Assembly: GCA_977030845.1 (NCBI GenBank)
Contig: OZ365117.1
Span: 3,410,001 to 3,474,000 of the forward strand
DNA: 64,000 bases
Direction: 5' to 3'
From: Fimbriosthenelais zetlandica
Lineage: Eukaryota
Each line of letters begins with the position of its first letter. Position 1 is the first letter of the stretch. Position numbers and translations under genes: made by a program. Below the pieces are notes generated by a model. It was not told the origin of the DNA. It saw nothing but the letters and a program-made list of their open reading frames with translations, and ran no database searches. Below are positions 62,653 to 64,000 of the stretch, one piece after another.

Positions 62653-64000
62653 TATAGAGTGCGCCAGGGGTTCAACAGCTCATGGAATGATGAGAAAGAA
62701 TGGAGAGAGTAATCAGTTCTTATTGCCACAGGTCAACTCTCATCACTGGTTATTGCTAGAAGGGATGTGAGAGTCAGTCGACTCACTCCCTTCACCTGAT
62801 ACAAGTGACAGGCGAATTGCTAGCGGCAGGTAACTCTACGACAAGCTTCTTCATATCGCGGGGCATGACGACGACCAGAGTGATCGCATTCCTGTAAGCA
62901 TTCCCTAAAGCAATCCGGGGAGAGTACGCAAACCGGGGCTCTTATTGCATGAAATAAATAACAATCATCATATGGCAATACTTCCTGTCAGTCTCCCCAT
63001 GCCATGAATGCTTCATAAACGCTATGCAAGAAACTCTTTATATACACTTATATTCATTTATAAATCCCTTATGCTTCAATGCAGTTTGGAGGTTGCAATC
63101 ATACAAAACATTGATTGAGAGTAAATGGGATATTACAATGCTTCAGTGAGCGCATTGGAAAACTGTCTGAGGACAGAATACAAGTGTCTTCCAGGCGTGT
63201 GGTACTACGTCTCTGTCATGCAGGGGTTCATCGATTTTTGTTTTCGTCAGGGGAAGGGTTCCCCGAGAGGAAGGATGTCCTCAGGAGGACATTCTGCTAG
63301 TTCACACTCAGCCTCATACTCTAATAACGGTTGATGTATTGAGTATTGGTTGACCAGTATATACATCCCTTCATTGATGATAGGTCTAGGTCTGATCTGA
63401 CGTGACCAGATCACCTCGCATTGTGTGATGACAATCCCTTCGATTCTGGGATATAGCTCATCAAAATGATCACCTATTGTCAGGCAATATTGATATCATT
63501 CATAAGGGATCATTGATTTAACCATGATATGACTGCAGATGTGAATCCTAAATAAAATATTCACACAAGAAACATGAGTATAGGCATATATGAACTCCCC
63601 AAACAATGTATGATTAGAACATGTAGAAAAAAGCCTGCCATGTGATTAATGCATTTCAGGTGAACAGGAAATTGATTTTCTATAATAAAGAAGGATCTTT
63701 TGGAGCTCAGGGTTGACTTTGAGCTCATGTCCTAATAGGGTCTGCTTCCTCACTTAGTGACAAGCTTTTCAGTATTTTAACTCAGTTATATCTGAATATG
63801 ACAAAAACACTTCAGTATGACCAAGTGTACACGTCTACAGAGCAAGTTCAATGAAGGTAAATGTGCTATTCTCAGCAGCTCAGACCTATATGAACAAGAA
63901 GTAGGGGCCATTGTGTGCCTTGGCAATGTAGATTGAGAGCGAGGCAGGCACATAATCCTTCCTATAGACATCGTCTCCCCAACCGAGGGACATGAACTAA

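Overview
AT-rich (roughly 38-40% GC by eye) animal genomic DNA. The repeat types suggest a marine invertebrate, possibly a lophotrochozoan, but the taxon is not established. I see no rRNA, tRNA, CRISPR array or prokaryotic operon, and almost all entries in the supplied ORF track look like chance ORFs. The window appears to be the 5' end of one large minus-strand gene. A 94-nt exon at 36026-35933 (MAGVRPFGSRLKQFKKCKSATFTLDGTSYTI-G) closely matches the N-terminus of vertebrate PDE1C2 as I recall it (FKKCRSATFSIDGYSFTI), i.e. a Ca2+/calmodulin-dependent phosphodiesterase PDE1; this is from memory and needs BLAST. A second exon at 8040-7875 ends in the same motif (KRRTCVVRLDGCRYTI-G) at the same ACTATAG|GTGAGT junction. 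Two further ATG-initiated exons (59693-59651, 21280-21178) and some weaker candidates also end in phase 1. Together these suggest an array of alternative first exons over at least 52 kb, feeding common exons that lie left of the window. Other notable signals are tandem RFX X-boxes directly behind the PDE1C2-like exon, two candidate recursive splice sites (AG|GT; 33302/33301 with a 54-nt stop-containing RS-exon, and 13214/13213), and several E-box/CCAAT/CRE/CTCF-like modules. The rest is intron containing MITEs, a Helentron-associated element, a decayed LINE-ORF1-like frame, SINE-like fragments and many short tandem repeats.
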